64,000 nt of DNA from Selaginella moellendorffii (lineage: Eukaryota > Plantae > Lycopodiophyta): positions 1,266,004 to 1,330,003 of the forward strand of contig NW_003314303.1 in assembly GCF_000143415.4 (NCBI RefSeq), written 5' to 3'. The position numbers and the translations under genes are program-made. Positions 11,458 to 24,489 of this stretch are shown here, piece by piece. The notes below the pieces were generated by a model that made no database searches, was not told the origin of the DNA, and worked only from the letters and a program-made list of their open reading frames with translations. Position 1 is the stretch's first letter. Every line of letters begins with the position of its first letter.

Positions 11458-11791
11458 CTTCTTCCAAGAGTACTTGCCTGTCGGTCTCTACACTTAATTT
11501 CGATTCCCGAGCTATACTGAGAATCCTGTACTTATCTTCCGAGCTTTTCCGAGCTCTTCACTGTCCCACGGGCTTTTGTGCTGTCGCTGGTTGTGTAGCT
11601 AGAACGTATTGACTTCTTCTAGCCAAAAACATTATTTGACTTTCTCTCTCTCGGAATCTTATTCTACGTATCGCAACACGTCCGAGTCGCTAGGCTCTGT
11701 TCAACAATTTGTTTCGTGCGCAAAAGTATACATATTTAGTACCTGGCTGTACAAGAGGCGTAGAAATTTGATTTCTTTGCACATTTCGATC

Positions 11792-14700
11792 TTAAGCAGT
11801 AGCCACCCGCTCTTCAGCGGGTGTAGCATCCCCGTTAATAAGGGTGCACACAAGGTTGCGATCACCATATACATTGTCAACACGACCTGTGGAATTTACC
11901 ACCTTCAGTAAAAAAAAGTGAAAGCTTTACTGAGTCTTACCAGTTGACGGCCAAAACTTCGAGCTTTCAACCCATGTGGCCGGGTAAGCAGCCAGCTTGC
12001 GGGAGTAGGGCTTGTTCCACTTGTCCGACAGGACCATAGAGGCAGAATGAGGCGCTCCCTGAAATCAAAAGCAATAAAATAAGAAATGCTTTGACACAGT
12101 CGTGAAGTGAAGTTCACCTTTAGGACGTTGTCCGCAGCGTTACATGTGCCATTTTCTATGGCTCGTATCTCCTCTCGGATCGAGATCATTGCGTCACAGA
12201 AGCGGTCCAGCTCCGCCTGTGAGACAAACATGATGAATACATGCATAAACAAAACCAGGATGACATATTGCTGTACCTTGCTCTCGCTTTCTGTTGGTTC
12301 GATCATCAATGTCCCATGAACTGGCCAAGACATAGTTGGCGCATGAAAGCCGTAGTCGATTAGACGCTTTGCAACGTCTTCAGGCTCTATATTTGCTGTC
12401 GCCTGTACAGGTAATCACCAACAGTTAACCCCGTCTTCAATTAGCAATGGAACGTCACCTTGAATGCTCTCAAATCAACTATGAACTCGTGAGCACAGGT
12501 TCCATTTTTGCCTCGGAACAAAATACGATAATGATTCTACAGGAAAGAAAAAATAGCTTTCAGCAAATGCCACTTGGTGAGAGACCTAGTACCTCGAGAC
12601 GCTTGGCCATATAATTGGCGTTGAGTATCGCCAGCTTTGACGCGCTGGTAAGGCCCTCTGAGCCCATCATTGCAATGTATGTATAGGAAATCGGAAGAAT
12701 CAACGCAGAACCCCAAGGTGCCGCTGAAATTGTACCCAGGGGTTGTGCTTTTTCTGAACTTGGTGGTATACCGCCAGTCGATACCTGTTAGGAACTCAAT
12801 GTTACTGAAAGAAAAAAACAACCAAGAAAACAGAAAGAAAAAACATACCACCGGATGAGACGGTAAAAACGGCGTCAAGTGTTTTTTCACTCCAATTGGA
12901 CCCATTCCTGGGCCACCACCTCCATGAGGTATACAGAATGTCTTGTGGAGATTCAAGTGACAGACATCTGCTCCGATGAATCCAGGACTTGTAAGGCCAA
13001 CCTGTGAATGATAAATTAGTTATTTGTTAAAAAAAAAAAAACAAGTCATACCTGTGCGTTCATATTAGCACCATCCATGTACACCTGACCTCCATTTTTA
13101 TGAATTATGTCGCATATGTCATCGATGCCGTCTTCATACACGCCATGAGTAGAAGGATATGTAACCTGTGAATTGCAACGTTAACTATATCCAGGAAATG
13201 GAACCAGACATACCATTAACGCAGAAAGGTTATCCTTGTTCGCTTCGGCTGCCTGTTTCAGTTCTGCTATATCAACGTTTCCATTAGCATCTGTACCGAT
13301 CGAGACGATCTTCATGCCGCACATGGCTGCACTGGCAGGGTTTGTCCCATGAGCTGACACTGGGATGATACAAACGTTCCGATGGCCTTCCCCTTTCGCC
13401 TGTAAAATGCAGTTATAAAAACTTATTGCTACCAATAAGAACTGATTACCTTCTGATAAGCACGAATCACCATCAAACCTGTATATTCACCCGCGGCACC
13501 AGCATTCGGCTGCAAAGAGACGGAATCAAAGCCTGTGATTTCACATAGAAAGTCTCCAAGATTTTTGAACATTTCCTGTGAGAAAGCAGAAGCGTTACAA
13601 CGTCGAATAGAAAGAAAATGAGCACTCGACTAACCTGATAACCACCAGTTTGATCGAGAGGAGCAAAAGGATGAATGTTGGCAAACTCAGGAAACGTAAC
13701 CGGCATCATCTCAACTGTGGCATTCAGCTTCATGGTGCAGGACCCCAACGGGATCATGCTGTGGACTAGGGACAAATCCTTGGCTTGAATTCTATGCAGG
13801 TAACGAAGAAGCTCGTGCTCGGAGTGATATCTGTAAAAATAAACATAAAGATCGGATGCAACTAAAACAATAATACTTACGAGTTGAAAATGGGATGTGT
13901 CAGGTAAGCACTCTCACGGACCATTTCCTTTGGCAATGACGATCCCGCAGATGGTGCAAGCGATTCGGCAGTAAAATTTACCTGTAAGTTTTTTATTTAA
14001 TACAACCAAACAAAAAACAGAGAACATACCCGTTTTCCTTTAGCAAATACTTTGAACAAGTTATCTACATCTTCAAGAGTGATTGTCTCATCAAAGGCCA
14101 CGGTAACCTGGACGAAAAAAATTAAGAGGAAACGAATTATAGCAGCATGAGAATCAAAACGATAGTTACCGTATTCGCGTCTAAGACACGCAAATTGATT
14201 CCTTCTTTCGCAGCCGTCTCCGCCAAAGAGGATGCATTCGAAGCGGAAACTTTGACAGTATCAAAGAAAGGGTCGCTACCGACTTGATAACCAAGTTTTT
14301 TCACTCCCTCAGAAAACACCGTTGCCAGTCCATGTACCCGATCTGCTATAGCCTTCAAACCCTCTGGTCCATGGTACACAGCATACATAGCGGACATATT
14401 TGCCAAAAGAGCCTATAACAACACAAGAGAAATCATGAGATGATGAAGCAACACATATGAACAAAAACCAAAACCATACCTGGGCCGTGCAAATGTTGCT
14501 GGTGGCTTTGTCACGTCTTATGTGCTGCTCACGAGTTTGCAAAGCCATACGGAGTGCCGGCTTTCCATTGGAATCAACACTGACTCCAATGATACGTCCC
14601 GGCATCATCCGCTTGTATTCCTGCGAGGTGGCCAGGAACGCAGCATGCGGTCCACCGTATCCCAGAGGCACTCCAAATCTCTGTGCCGACCCAACAGCCA

Positions 14701-15700
14701 TATCGGCTCCAATCTCCCCTGGAGGCTTCAAGCACGTAAGTGCTAGCAAGTCAGTCGCCACCACCACCTTTACTCCATTCGCATGAGCGCTCGAAATCAA
14801 GCTGGCGTAGTCCGTGATACTACCATCGGTCGCAGGATACTGGACGAGAACACCGCAAACGTCCTTGGAGAACTCAAACTTGTCGGGATCCACGATCGAA
14901 GCAGTCATCCCGAGACCATCCGCGCGAGTGACGCAAACATCGATCGTCTGGGGGTGGCAGTTGCTAGCGATCAAGAACTTGGGCCTCTTCCTACTCCCGA
15001 TGTTGAGACACATTCCCATGGCCTCGGCAGCAGCGGTTCCTTCGTCGAGTAGCGAAGCGTTGGACATCGGCAAGCCCGTGAGCTCGGCGATCATGGTCTG
15101 GTAATTGAGAAGCGACTCCAATCTTCCCTGGGCGATCTCGGCCTGGTAAGGTGTGTACTGCGTGTACCATCCCGGATTCTCCATGATGTTGCGAAGGATC
15201 ACGGGCGGGACGATGGTGTTGTAGTAGCCCATTCCAATGTAGGACTTGGCGATCTTGTTCTTGGCAGCCAGATATTTCATGTGGTCGATCATCTGGCTCT
15301 CTGTCAATCCCTCATGGAACTTGCCTGGCAGCGACATCGGCCCCCGCTTGATCGGCTTTGGAACCGTGGCCTCCACAAGCTCATCCATGCTCGAGAATCC
15401 CACGACCTCGGCCATTACCTTTTGCTCCTCCGCGCTGGATCCGTTGTGGCGCCGGGGAAAGGTATCGCTCGGACGCAGCGCCTCCACGGAGATGGATCTT
15501 GCGGACCATGGCAGCAGCGGCCGGGCGAGGAAAGATTTCGAGCTGCCGCCGCTGGCGCATTGGAATCCGGTGAACGATCCCTGCAAGAGCGATGCCGAGG
15601 GCAAGAGCGGCGCCGGCCGGATCGACGACGAAGAATGGAGTCGCCGATACAGCGATCGCTCCTGCTTCAAGCGCCGGATCACCCGGCCCGCCTTCTCCAT
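11792..15700 (-). CDS. GLDP: Glycine dehydrogenase (decarboxylating), mitochondrial glycine cleavage P protein
   Basis: Transit peptide, [78 protein letters not shown]. Confidence 0.97.
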
Positions 15701-16238
15701 CGCGTCGACCGTGCCGCTCCCACAAACCCTAGACGCCGAGAACACAGTGACCGCCTATCGTAGAGCTCATGAGGGAGAGCACCAGCCAACTTAGCCGAAG
15801 ATCTCCGTCACCCTAACGGAGATGCGGCCACGCGGCAGCCCAAGACTCCTCCACGTGGCAAAACCGTCCTGCTGACAGAGGAGCTCCGTCCGATGGAACA
15901 GAGTCCGTCCCCTCGCCCAGGCCACTCATACTCCCGGAAACTTGGAAACCATAGAAAAATTGTGGGATAAGAGAATTTAGAAAGACTTCACACTATCAAA
16001 ATGTGCGTCCTCCTCTTTTCCACCTACAATGTATGTGATCCTCCGCTCACAGCCACCACTCATCTACCAGTCCATGTATGGCGTGAAATAATCCATAGCG
16101 ATATAAAAAAAAATTCCTTGATTTTTCTGCTATAGCCTTCGAACATAACTATAGAAAACGATGTGATCCTGTGTGACTTTATAAGAATAGTGTGTTTAGC
16201 CAGCACAAACAAAAAAGAGTTACATATGATGTGAAAGC

Positions 16239-17910
16239 TTATTGTTTCATAAAGAGCGAGATGATGTTCTTCTTCACTGTCAACTCGTCGGCCTTGGAGG
16301 GATTCACGGCCTGGAAACAAATTGTGTGAGCGTTACAAGGCTTTTTGTGAAGAACAGCAAAGGAAAAAGAAGCTTACCCCTGACAATAGCCTGCTTAAGC
16401 GCTCGTGTTCCTTGGCTGGATACTCCTCGCCCTTGGAAGCGATGCTCTTGAGGACTTTCGTGTAGATTGCGCCATATCTTCACGAAACGAAACAGCGTGA
16501 GAACCTCTAGCCCGTAATTTTGATCCAAGGATCTTACCCAGCGTCCGAGCCCTCTAGCTTGGCGATGGCTTCATGCAACTTTGTGGAGAGAGATTCCCGC
16601 TCGTCAGCTTTGGCAGCTACGAACTCCTGGACAATGTCTTCTAGACTAGAGACAGTTCCGGCCTACAGGAAACGCGTACACGTTAGAAAATCTTTGCATT
16701 CAGCTGGACAAGAACTTACCTTGTCAGTGAGAGCACCTTTGGAATCACGGTAAGTGCCACACTTCTCATTCAAAAACTCCACGAACTCGTCAACCGAGCG
16801 CGCATCACAATCCTCCCCAGCCTTGTTGGCTTTGGGAAAGAACTTCAGCGTTGGGTAGCCACTTACGTCATATCTGCAAGAACCAATGTGAAAGTGAGTT
16901 TGAGTTCACAATGAAGCATCAAACACTTACTTGGTTGCTAGATCCTTGTGAGCATCCGCGTCAAGCTTTGCCACGATCACATTCTTCTCGGCCTTATATG
17001 CGGTTGCGACAGACTCATAAGCCTAGAGAAGAAACACGTCAATGCAACATTTATAAGACGCATAAAAGCCAATTGAGTCATACCGGAGCCAAGGATTTGC
17101 AGTGTCCACACCTGAAAAGAGACAAGTTTTTTTCGTTTTCGCTTCCTTGCGAGGAATACCAAACAACTTACCAAGGAGCGTAAAATTCCACCAAAACATC
17201 CTTCGTGGGGTCGAGCACAATCTCATCGAAATTGGCCGGGGTCAAGACGACAACCTCCGATGCCGCCACACTCAATTTCGCATTCGCACCTACAAGTGAT
17301 TCGAATAAACTCAAGGTAGGAATTCTCAAAAACGCAAAAGCATACCTCCTTCTGTGTTGACGAATGCAACAAGATCCTCGGCAGTTCGTCCACCAGAGTA
17401 ACTACACGAACAAGCAAAAAGTTGGCCCATTTATTCATGACGAGAAGAAAAAAAAATTTTACTCTTTGGGTGTGAGAGATCCTTTCGGAAACCACTTGAG
17501 AGTGGGATACCCGCTTACGTCAAACTTGGAGCACAAGCTCTTGTGCGCATCGCAATCTATCTGGTTTTCATTCAACCACAAAGTTCCAATATAATCACAA
17601 ATGTGAGAAAAAAACTCGCCTTTGCGATCGATAAGTGCTTGACTTTCCTAAACGCCGATCCGACCTTCTCATACTCGGGCGCTAGCTTCTTACAATGCCC
17701 ACACCTGAAAAAATGCGACCGATTCAAATGAGATCCGCCTAGATCCAACGCTTACCAGGGAGCATAAAACTCGACAAGCGCCGCCCTCTCATGCCCGACC
17801 TCGTGATCGAAATTGTCGGGCGTGAGGACGAGCACATCCGATTCCTCGCCCCGCGCAGCTCCAGCGATCACGCACAGAGCCACAAACAAGACGGCCAGCA
17901 TCCTCGCCAT
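16239..17910 (-). CDS. Protein disulfide isomerase PDIL2-1-like (two thioredoxin domains plus ERp29-type C-terminal domain)
   Basis: Signal peptide, two intron-split WCGHC sites, and C-terminus [17 protein letters not shown]...[11 protein letters not shown] without KDEL. Confidence 0.92.
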
Positions 17911-18175
17911 CGAGCTTCCACCTAACCCTAAACCACAGTGGCTCAACGAGGCAAATCCAACCGTCCGTTATCAAGATCTAAAGGCCCCTATACGTGCACC
18001 TGGCAAGCCATCATTGGGTACGACCACGTCACAAGTTAATATAAAAATTGTTTAGTTTCGGGCAGAGACTAGAACTTGGCATCTTTGTGAGAAATAACGC
18101 CCGGCATTTCTAGAGAAGTTACAAGGAAAGTTGTCCAGTATGATCTAGAAACTTACGAGTTGTGGAACTTCTCCT

Positions 18176-21100
18176 CTAGCAGCGATGTTTCGAGTGTAAG
18201 TTGTCCAGTGGCGATAGAGGGCGCCTTTGTTGATGATCTTGATGATGATCTCTGGAGGTTTTTGTACGAGGCGTACCTTCGTCCCTCGAGAGCTTCTGTG
18301 GACAATCCTTGATGAGAAAACGAAAACACACAACTGGCTACGTACCTCTTGATCTGATTCTTTGGTTTTCGTGAGCTTGGCGATGCCCGAGTGGAGCTCG
18401 GAAGGCTTACGTTTAACTGTTTCTGGTATAGGAGGCTGGAGACAAGAAGTGTGTCATGTAGTTAGAACGAGACAACGAGAAAAATGTACCTGGAGTTCTG
18501 CGAGTTGATTGTTGACACTCTCAAGCTCCACTTTGAGCTCCACGACTTCGAGTTTTGCGGCTGTAAGGTTGCTCTCCAGTTTGTCTTGGGTCCGTCTGGC
18601 TTTGTCTCTAAAGTCGATCAAGTCCCAGCGTGCATCTTCCAACCGCACCTCGAAGACTTCCGCCCTGGCGGACATTGCGTCGAAAGCCACTTGAAGTTTG
18701 GTTTTCGAAGTAAGAAGAGTTCGCATTTCCTGCAGTTAAACCATGTCTGTTAATAAGCCAAATTAGAAAGGCATACCCTTTCACCGCTTTGGACGGTTGC
18801 CTCGAGCTTCTCTAGCCGAAGATTATGTTGCAAAGTTCTGGTTCGAAAAAAAAAAAAAAAAAAACACGTCACAAACAAAGCTAAGATCAGAACTAATTTA
18901 CCTCTCGCCTTGCAAACGTTCATCCGCTTCTGATGCCTGAAGGTGTTGATATTCTTCTTGCAGCTTCTCAAGCTTCTGGTGTTTACAATTGAGTTCCTCC
19001 GTCAGCTTCTCGATCTTCCGGTGCTCATAAGTGAGGTCGTCCGTTAGCTTCCCGATCTTCTGATGTTCAAAATTGAGTTCCTTCGTCAGGTTCTCGACTT
19101 TCTTGTGCTCACGACTCAGCTCCTCCGCGAACTTCTGGTGTTCACAATCTAGCTCCTTCGACAGCTGCTCGACTTTTTGGTGCTCACAACTGAGCTCCTC
19201 CTTCAGGCTCTCAAACTTCTGATGTTCACAATCAAGCTCCTTCGACAGGTTCTCGACTCTCTGGTGCTCAATACTGAGCTCATCGACCACCTTTTCGAGC
19301 TTGTGATGTTTACTATTGAGCTCGTCCGTCAGCTTCACTATCTGTAAAACAAAAACAATAACCAGAACTTCTGGATGAGGCAGTTACCTTTTCAGCGTGC
19401 AACGCACAAGTGTCGTTTGACGATTTCAATAATTCTTGTAGTCCCTTCACCGTTTCTTCAGTTTTTTGCTTCACAGTTTCCAACTCCTAACAACAAAATA
19501 TAAATGTAAACATGAAAAATGTAAACAAGAACGCTTACCACAATTTGTTGTTGATAAGATTCAGCTTTCAGTTCAAACTCTTGCACCATATGACCGTCTT
19601 CAAGTCTAAAAAGAAAGTTTGTTGTAGTTAAAGACAGTAAAAACTGCTGCTTACCCGCTTCGAATCTCTTTCTCGATATCTTTTTCCACTTCCGTAACCT
19701 TCTGTAAGATCGGATCAAGTTCAGCTCTAAGTTTGTCCACCTGCATCAAACATATAACTGATGAAAGACGCATAGAAATATGAGTACCGTTTGGTTCAAA
19801 GCAATCTGAAGTCGATTTTCTTTTTCTTCAAGTGTTTCTTCCAGCTTTTTGAGCTCCAAATGCAGGCTGTTCTCTACTGCCTCCATCCGTATGCTCTTGT
19901 CAATCTAATAAAAGTAAAACATCAGAACACCCAGCAGAAAATTGACTAACCTCAGAAGACAAAGCTTGTATCTTATTGCTCAAAGCAGAACATTCGCCTT
20001 CTTTCTCCTCAATCGCATGTCTTCTTGCAGCAGATACAGCCTTTTCTTCTTCTAGTTTATAATAGACGTCTGTGAGTTCCTGCAAAACTGAACACTTCAT
20101 ATTCAATCAAAATGATTGCAACCTTACCACTACCAAGTCCTGTTTAGCCTCTTCTTGCATCTGCAAGGAAGCATTACGTTCTTGAAGTTGACGATTCTGC
20201 AACAGTGTACAGGTTTACGTCAAGTGAATCTAAAGGTATACCAAACATACCAAGTCCTCATAGGCTTGTTGAAGCTCATCCACCTGTAATCTACTTGCTC
20301 CGCATTGTTCTGTTGCAGCTCTAAGTTCGATAGCAGTGTTATTTGCTGAACTGACTGCTTTTTCACGCTCCTCTTTCAAAAGTGTGATTTCTTCTGCCGC
20401 AGCTTCGACTTGCTTTTCTAACTGCATTATAGTGCTTCTAGCTTCCAGCAGCGAAGTTTCCACCTCATGATAAGCACCCTGCCAGGGCAGTTATTAATAT
20501 AGAAGTTCTGCATGGAATGAAGCCTCTTACCTGCAACACTTGCAACTCAAAACTCGTCTTTTCCAAATCTACAGCTTTTTGTTGTAGTGCATCCTCGACA
20601 CAACTCAACTGATGCTTCGCTTTGTTGAAGCATGCCATAGAGTCACGTCTTTTATCCGCAAGAGATTCCTTTCTGTCTATATCCCGTTGAAGCAACGTAC
20701 TCTGACTTCGAAGAGTTTTTAATTCTCTATCAAAGTTTGCTTTTTCAGCCTACAAAGCAGATGAGCGATGCTTACAGAGAAAAAGATATTTCAAACACTT
20801 ACCTCTAGTTTGCTTTTATCCTGTAAAGTTGTTCTCAGCTTAGCCTCGGTTTCTTTCAGTTTCGTCTTGGACTTTTCAAGCTCCTTTCGCAAACTGTCTT
20901 TCTCTTTCTCAGATGGAAGAGCCTTTACACCCGAAAGATCCTTCTGCAGAGCTAGAATTTCGAGTTTCAGTTTAGAACATTCATCCTCATGGTCAACCTG
21001 CAGTAAATATCAGATTCGTGCCAGTATGCAAGAGAACAAGCTGACCTCGGATTTTTTCGTTGCATCCAGCGCTGCAGCTTCGAGCTCAATTATTCGAGCC

Positions 21101-24100
21101 TCTGCCAGAGTTATTTGATGTTGTAATGCATCCTGACACAAAATCATCAATAATAGGTGGATAAAACAATTAACAGGAGATACCTTCTGGATACTCAAGT
21201 TATGTTTAAGCTCTGCAAAAGTATGGCTGCTAAAGAGACGAAGTTCCTCAAAGCACATCACAGGCTCTTTGACCCCAGCCATAAGCTCTTGAATCCAGCC
21301 AGTTGCATGAGACATTGAGCCTTCTATTTCAGCCTTCAAATCCTCAAACGCTGTAGCCAATTGTACATATGATCTTCCCGCCTCATCTTTTTCTCGCTGC
21401 GACAAGGTATCAGCAAAAAATTAAGAAATGTTTTTTGTATTGGTACCTCTAACTGCATGTTGCGGGTGGTGATATGTTCAATTTGTTGATTTGATTCTTT
21501 TAGTTCTTCATGCAGCTGGAATAATCAATAAGTATTAGCTAGAAGGAAAAGACAAAACAGTACCCCCTCAAGAAGCTGTTTGGCGCTATTTGCCTGAATT
21601 TTCTGGTGCTCAATTCTGCTATCAAGCTCCCGTTGCATATAAAACTTCTCCATGTCTAGAGTTTCCACCTGCAAAGAAAAAACAGAACTAAAAAACAAAC
21701 CACGAGGCACATGAAAAAGGTAAACCTGGCTTTGTAAAGCTGCGATAACTTCAGCATGGATATCAAGCTGATTTCCATCTAGGCTTTTACACCTCCGATC
21801 TCCATCAGTGTGCTTCGCCTCAGATTTGCAGGCTGTGGCCTTCAACTGTTCATTCTCGTGTCGCAGCTTATCAATCTGGAACGTCACTATAAGACAACAG
21901 CTCTCAAATGGTGGACCACATACTTCGGAATTCGCAACTTCGTAATCGCAGTGTAAAGCCTGATATCGAGCTTGTAAATCCAGTAGTTCCTCCTGCCACA
22001 ATTGTTAGATCATTTGTCTGTCGAAAAAACTAGTTCAGACCTCGTTGGCATGCAAGCGAGCAGATAATTTGTGTCGTCGATCACCAACAAAATTCGATGC
22101 ACGTGGTGGGACAAACGTTTCCTTGTCCCCGCCAGTGACCTCCTTCGAATCGTTCATAGGAACGTCTTCTTCTTCTTTCAAGACCTCGAATGGCGGTGGG
22201 AGTTGCCGTTCGCGATTCGAAACAACATTTGCTTTAAGACTTTGAACCTGTTCACGACGACAGATTAGCTATCAATATTAGCAAACAACATGCTGAATCA
22301 TACCTCTACTGCCGATTTTGATGATGTCAGCCGCGGACACCAGGTTTCTCGACGGTTTGTCTAAACAACTTGCAACTGTTGAGAGAAGCCAACATTTTCA
22401 AATTTACAAACCTTCTTCATGCTTTTGTCGGTGTGCCGATCATCAACTGCCGAATTGAGTACCATGGTGCTTAAGTTCTCTATCTGTTCTTTCATGCGGC
22501 GTTCACGTTCAGCCTTATTTTGTAGCTCAAGTGCCATCCTTTCTCTCTCCAGCTCAATCTGGAGAGTGCCTGATTAACCAGAAGCAAAGGTAGCTGGTCG
22601 ACAATACCTTCAGCATATCATTGCGCAAACTAAGTACTTCTTCTTCTAAGTGTTCAGAGTGGTTTTCCTGCACAAGATAATAATCAGACGTCATAGTACA
22701 AGTGCTTCCGCTAAAAACCTGTAGCTTCTTTCTTAATTCCTCAATTTCTCTTTTCTGTCGTTTCAGCAGTGCGGCATCTGTAACAATCTGAGAAGAACAG
22801 AAGTATTGCTTCTCAGAGTTCCAAATACCAATGCATTTTTACCTCGTTCACTTGAGCACAATTAGTTACTCTTATAGCTCGACTGGCAAATTGTAGTGTA
22901 CCCTTGGTCTCGTCAACGTGCACCTACAAATAAAAAGAGCATTCGGTAAGAAGGAAAAAAAGAGAGCAACCTATACCATTGCCGGTGTAACGTTACAGAT
23001 GATAACAGTTCGAGCATTTCCACCTAAAGCAGGCTGAAGGATCCGCGTTAATTTGCTATCCCGGTAAGGGACGTGACCCCTTAGTAAACGAGTTAGTCGC
23101 CCCCAAGGTTATATATCAAAAGGCTCATACCCCTGACTTTCAATTCCTTCACTTAGTTTGTTGATTACAGTTCCGAGAGTCATCAAGCTTTTGTTGATAT
23201 GAGAACCTTCTTTTAGGCGAGCTCCTTCAGCTCCGGTTTTAGCAACGCGTTCCGAGCCAGCCAAATCTACAAGATTCTGGCCAAAAGAGCTGCGCGGTCA
23301 GCAAGAAAAGAAACACTGTAATCAGAAAACTCACCAAAACGGAAACACGGACAGCGTCACAAGTTTGCAAGGCATCGTCCTGACTTCTGTCTCTACTTTC
23401 AATCACCTTGAAGAAAAAATGAAATACAAAACTCAAATAGTCAAGAAGCACAATGTGTACCATTCTGAATATCGTATGAGACCTGCTACTGTACACATTC
23501 ATATTTGTCTCGCCAACGTGCCGATGCGCTGCCAAAGCGAAAACACAGTAAGCCAAGGAATGGAGTAGAAAAATATATACCTTCTCCGAAGTCCAGCAAC
23601 TGTAACACTTGTTCCGGACAAGAAACTATCTCCTCCCTCAACCCAGCAACAAATATTCCACGCTACAGCATGGAGCTTGTTAAACAGTAGTTTCGACTGG
23701 AAAACTCTTACCTCAATGTTTTCATGAACTTGGAGCTTCCTGTTCTCCGGAGCCAAAAGATCATTAATTTCTTCATTGTAGATTTCCATGTATGATACCC
23801 GCAACAAAAACTCTCTATCTTCCGCCTGCACATTGGAAAGAAAGCACAGTCATATAGGAAGCATCTGGAGCTACTCTACCTTCTGAATGTTGGCAAAAAC
23901 ATCTAGAACTGACAAAGGAACTATACCAGGCTCGCCAGGAGAACCTCTCATGGTGTAAGTCTTCCCGCTGCTCGTCTGCCCATAGGCGAAAACAGTTCCT
24001 GGAAAAAAAATTCTCCAACTTCCAACCAAAAGAAGCAAGAACCTCAACTCACCATTGATGCCCTTCACGGCAGAGCTGATAATCGCTTTGGTATGAGCAT

Positions 24101-24349
24101 CGTACAGCTCCACTGTTTTCTCTTCCGTCCCAAAAACGCTGTCTATCATCCAGAGCATTACTCGCAACAGCTCAAAGAGAAAGAATTGGCTATGAGCGTA
24201 CCGAAGATGTAAGTGTGACCGGGCAGCACCGTCCCAGTGGCAGCATTGCACAAAGAAATGGCGTTGGATGAGATCTTCCAAGGGCTTCCTTTGGCGGATT
24301 CCTGCTTGCTGAGCGGCCGGACACGAATGGAGACTACAATCTTCTCCAT
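18176..24349 (-). CDS. Kinesin-7 / CENP-E-like motor with long coiled-coil tail, many exons (3' end approximate)
   Basis: [63 protein letters not shown]; the tail is heptad-rich. Confidence 0.9.
18950..19335 (-). repeat. Coding 42-bp (14-aa) tandem repeat, ~9 copies, in the kinesin tail
   Basis: Units such as [28 protein letters not shown] and [14 protein letters not shown]. Confidence 0.85.
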
Positions 24350-24463
24350 CGCGGCAGTGGCGCCCTGATCTAGCCTAGAATACCTCTCAGCGAGCTCGCC
24401 CCGGCCCCAAAACCCTGAGGCGCGCGTCCATCGCTGCTCCGAGGAGCATATCCCTTAGGGCAA

Positions 24464-24484
24464 ATTTGAAATTTGGCGGGAAAA
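24464..24484 (-). promoter_or_regulatory. E2F site abutting a CHR-like element in the kinesin promoter
   Basis: Minus strand reads TTTCCCGCCAAATTTCAAAT: a consensus E2F site (TTTCCCGCC) plus TTCAAA, ~115-135 bp upstream of the ATG. Confidence 0.65.
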
Positions 24485-24489
24485 AGGTT

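Noticed and set aside
15801-15860. Hairpin and G-box upstream of GLDP
   Set aside because: An 8-bp stem and a single hexamer are within chance expectation.
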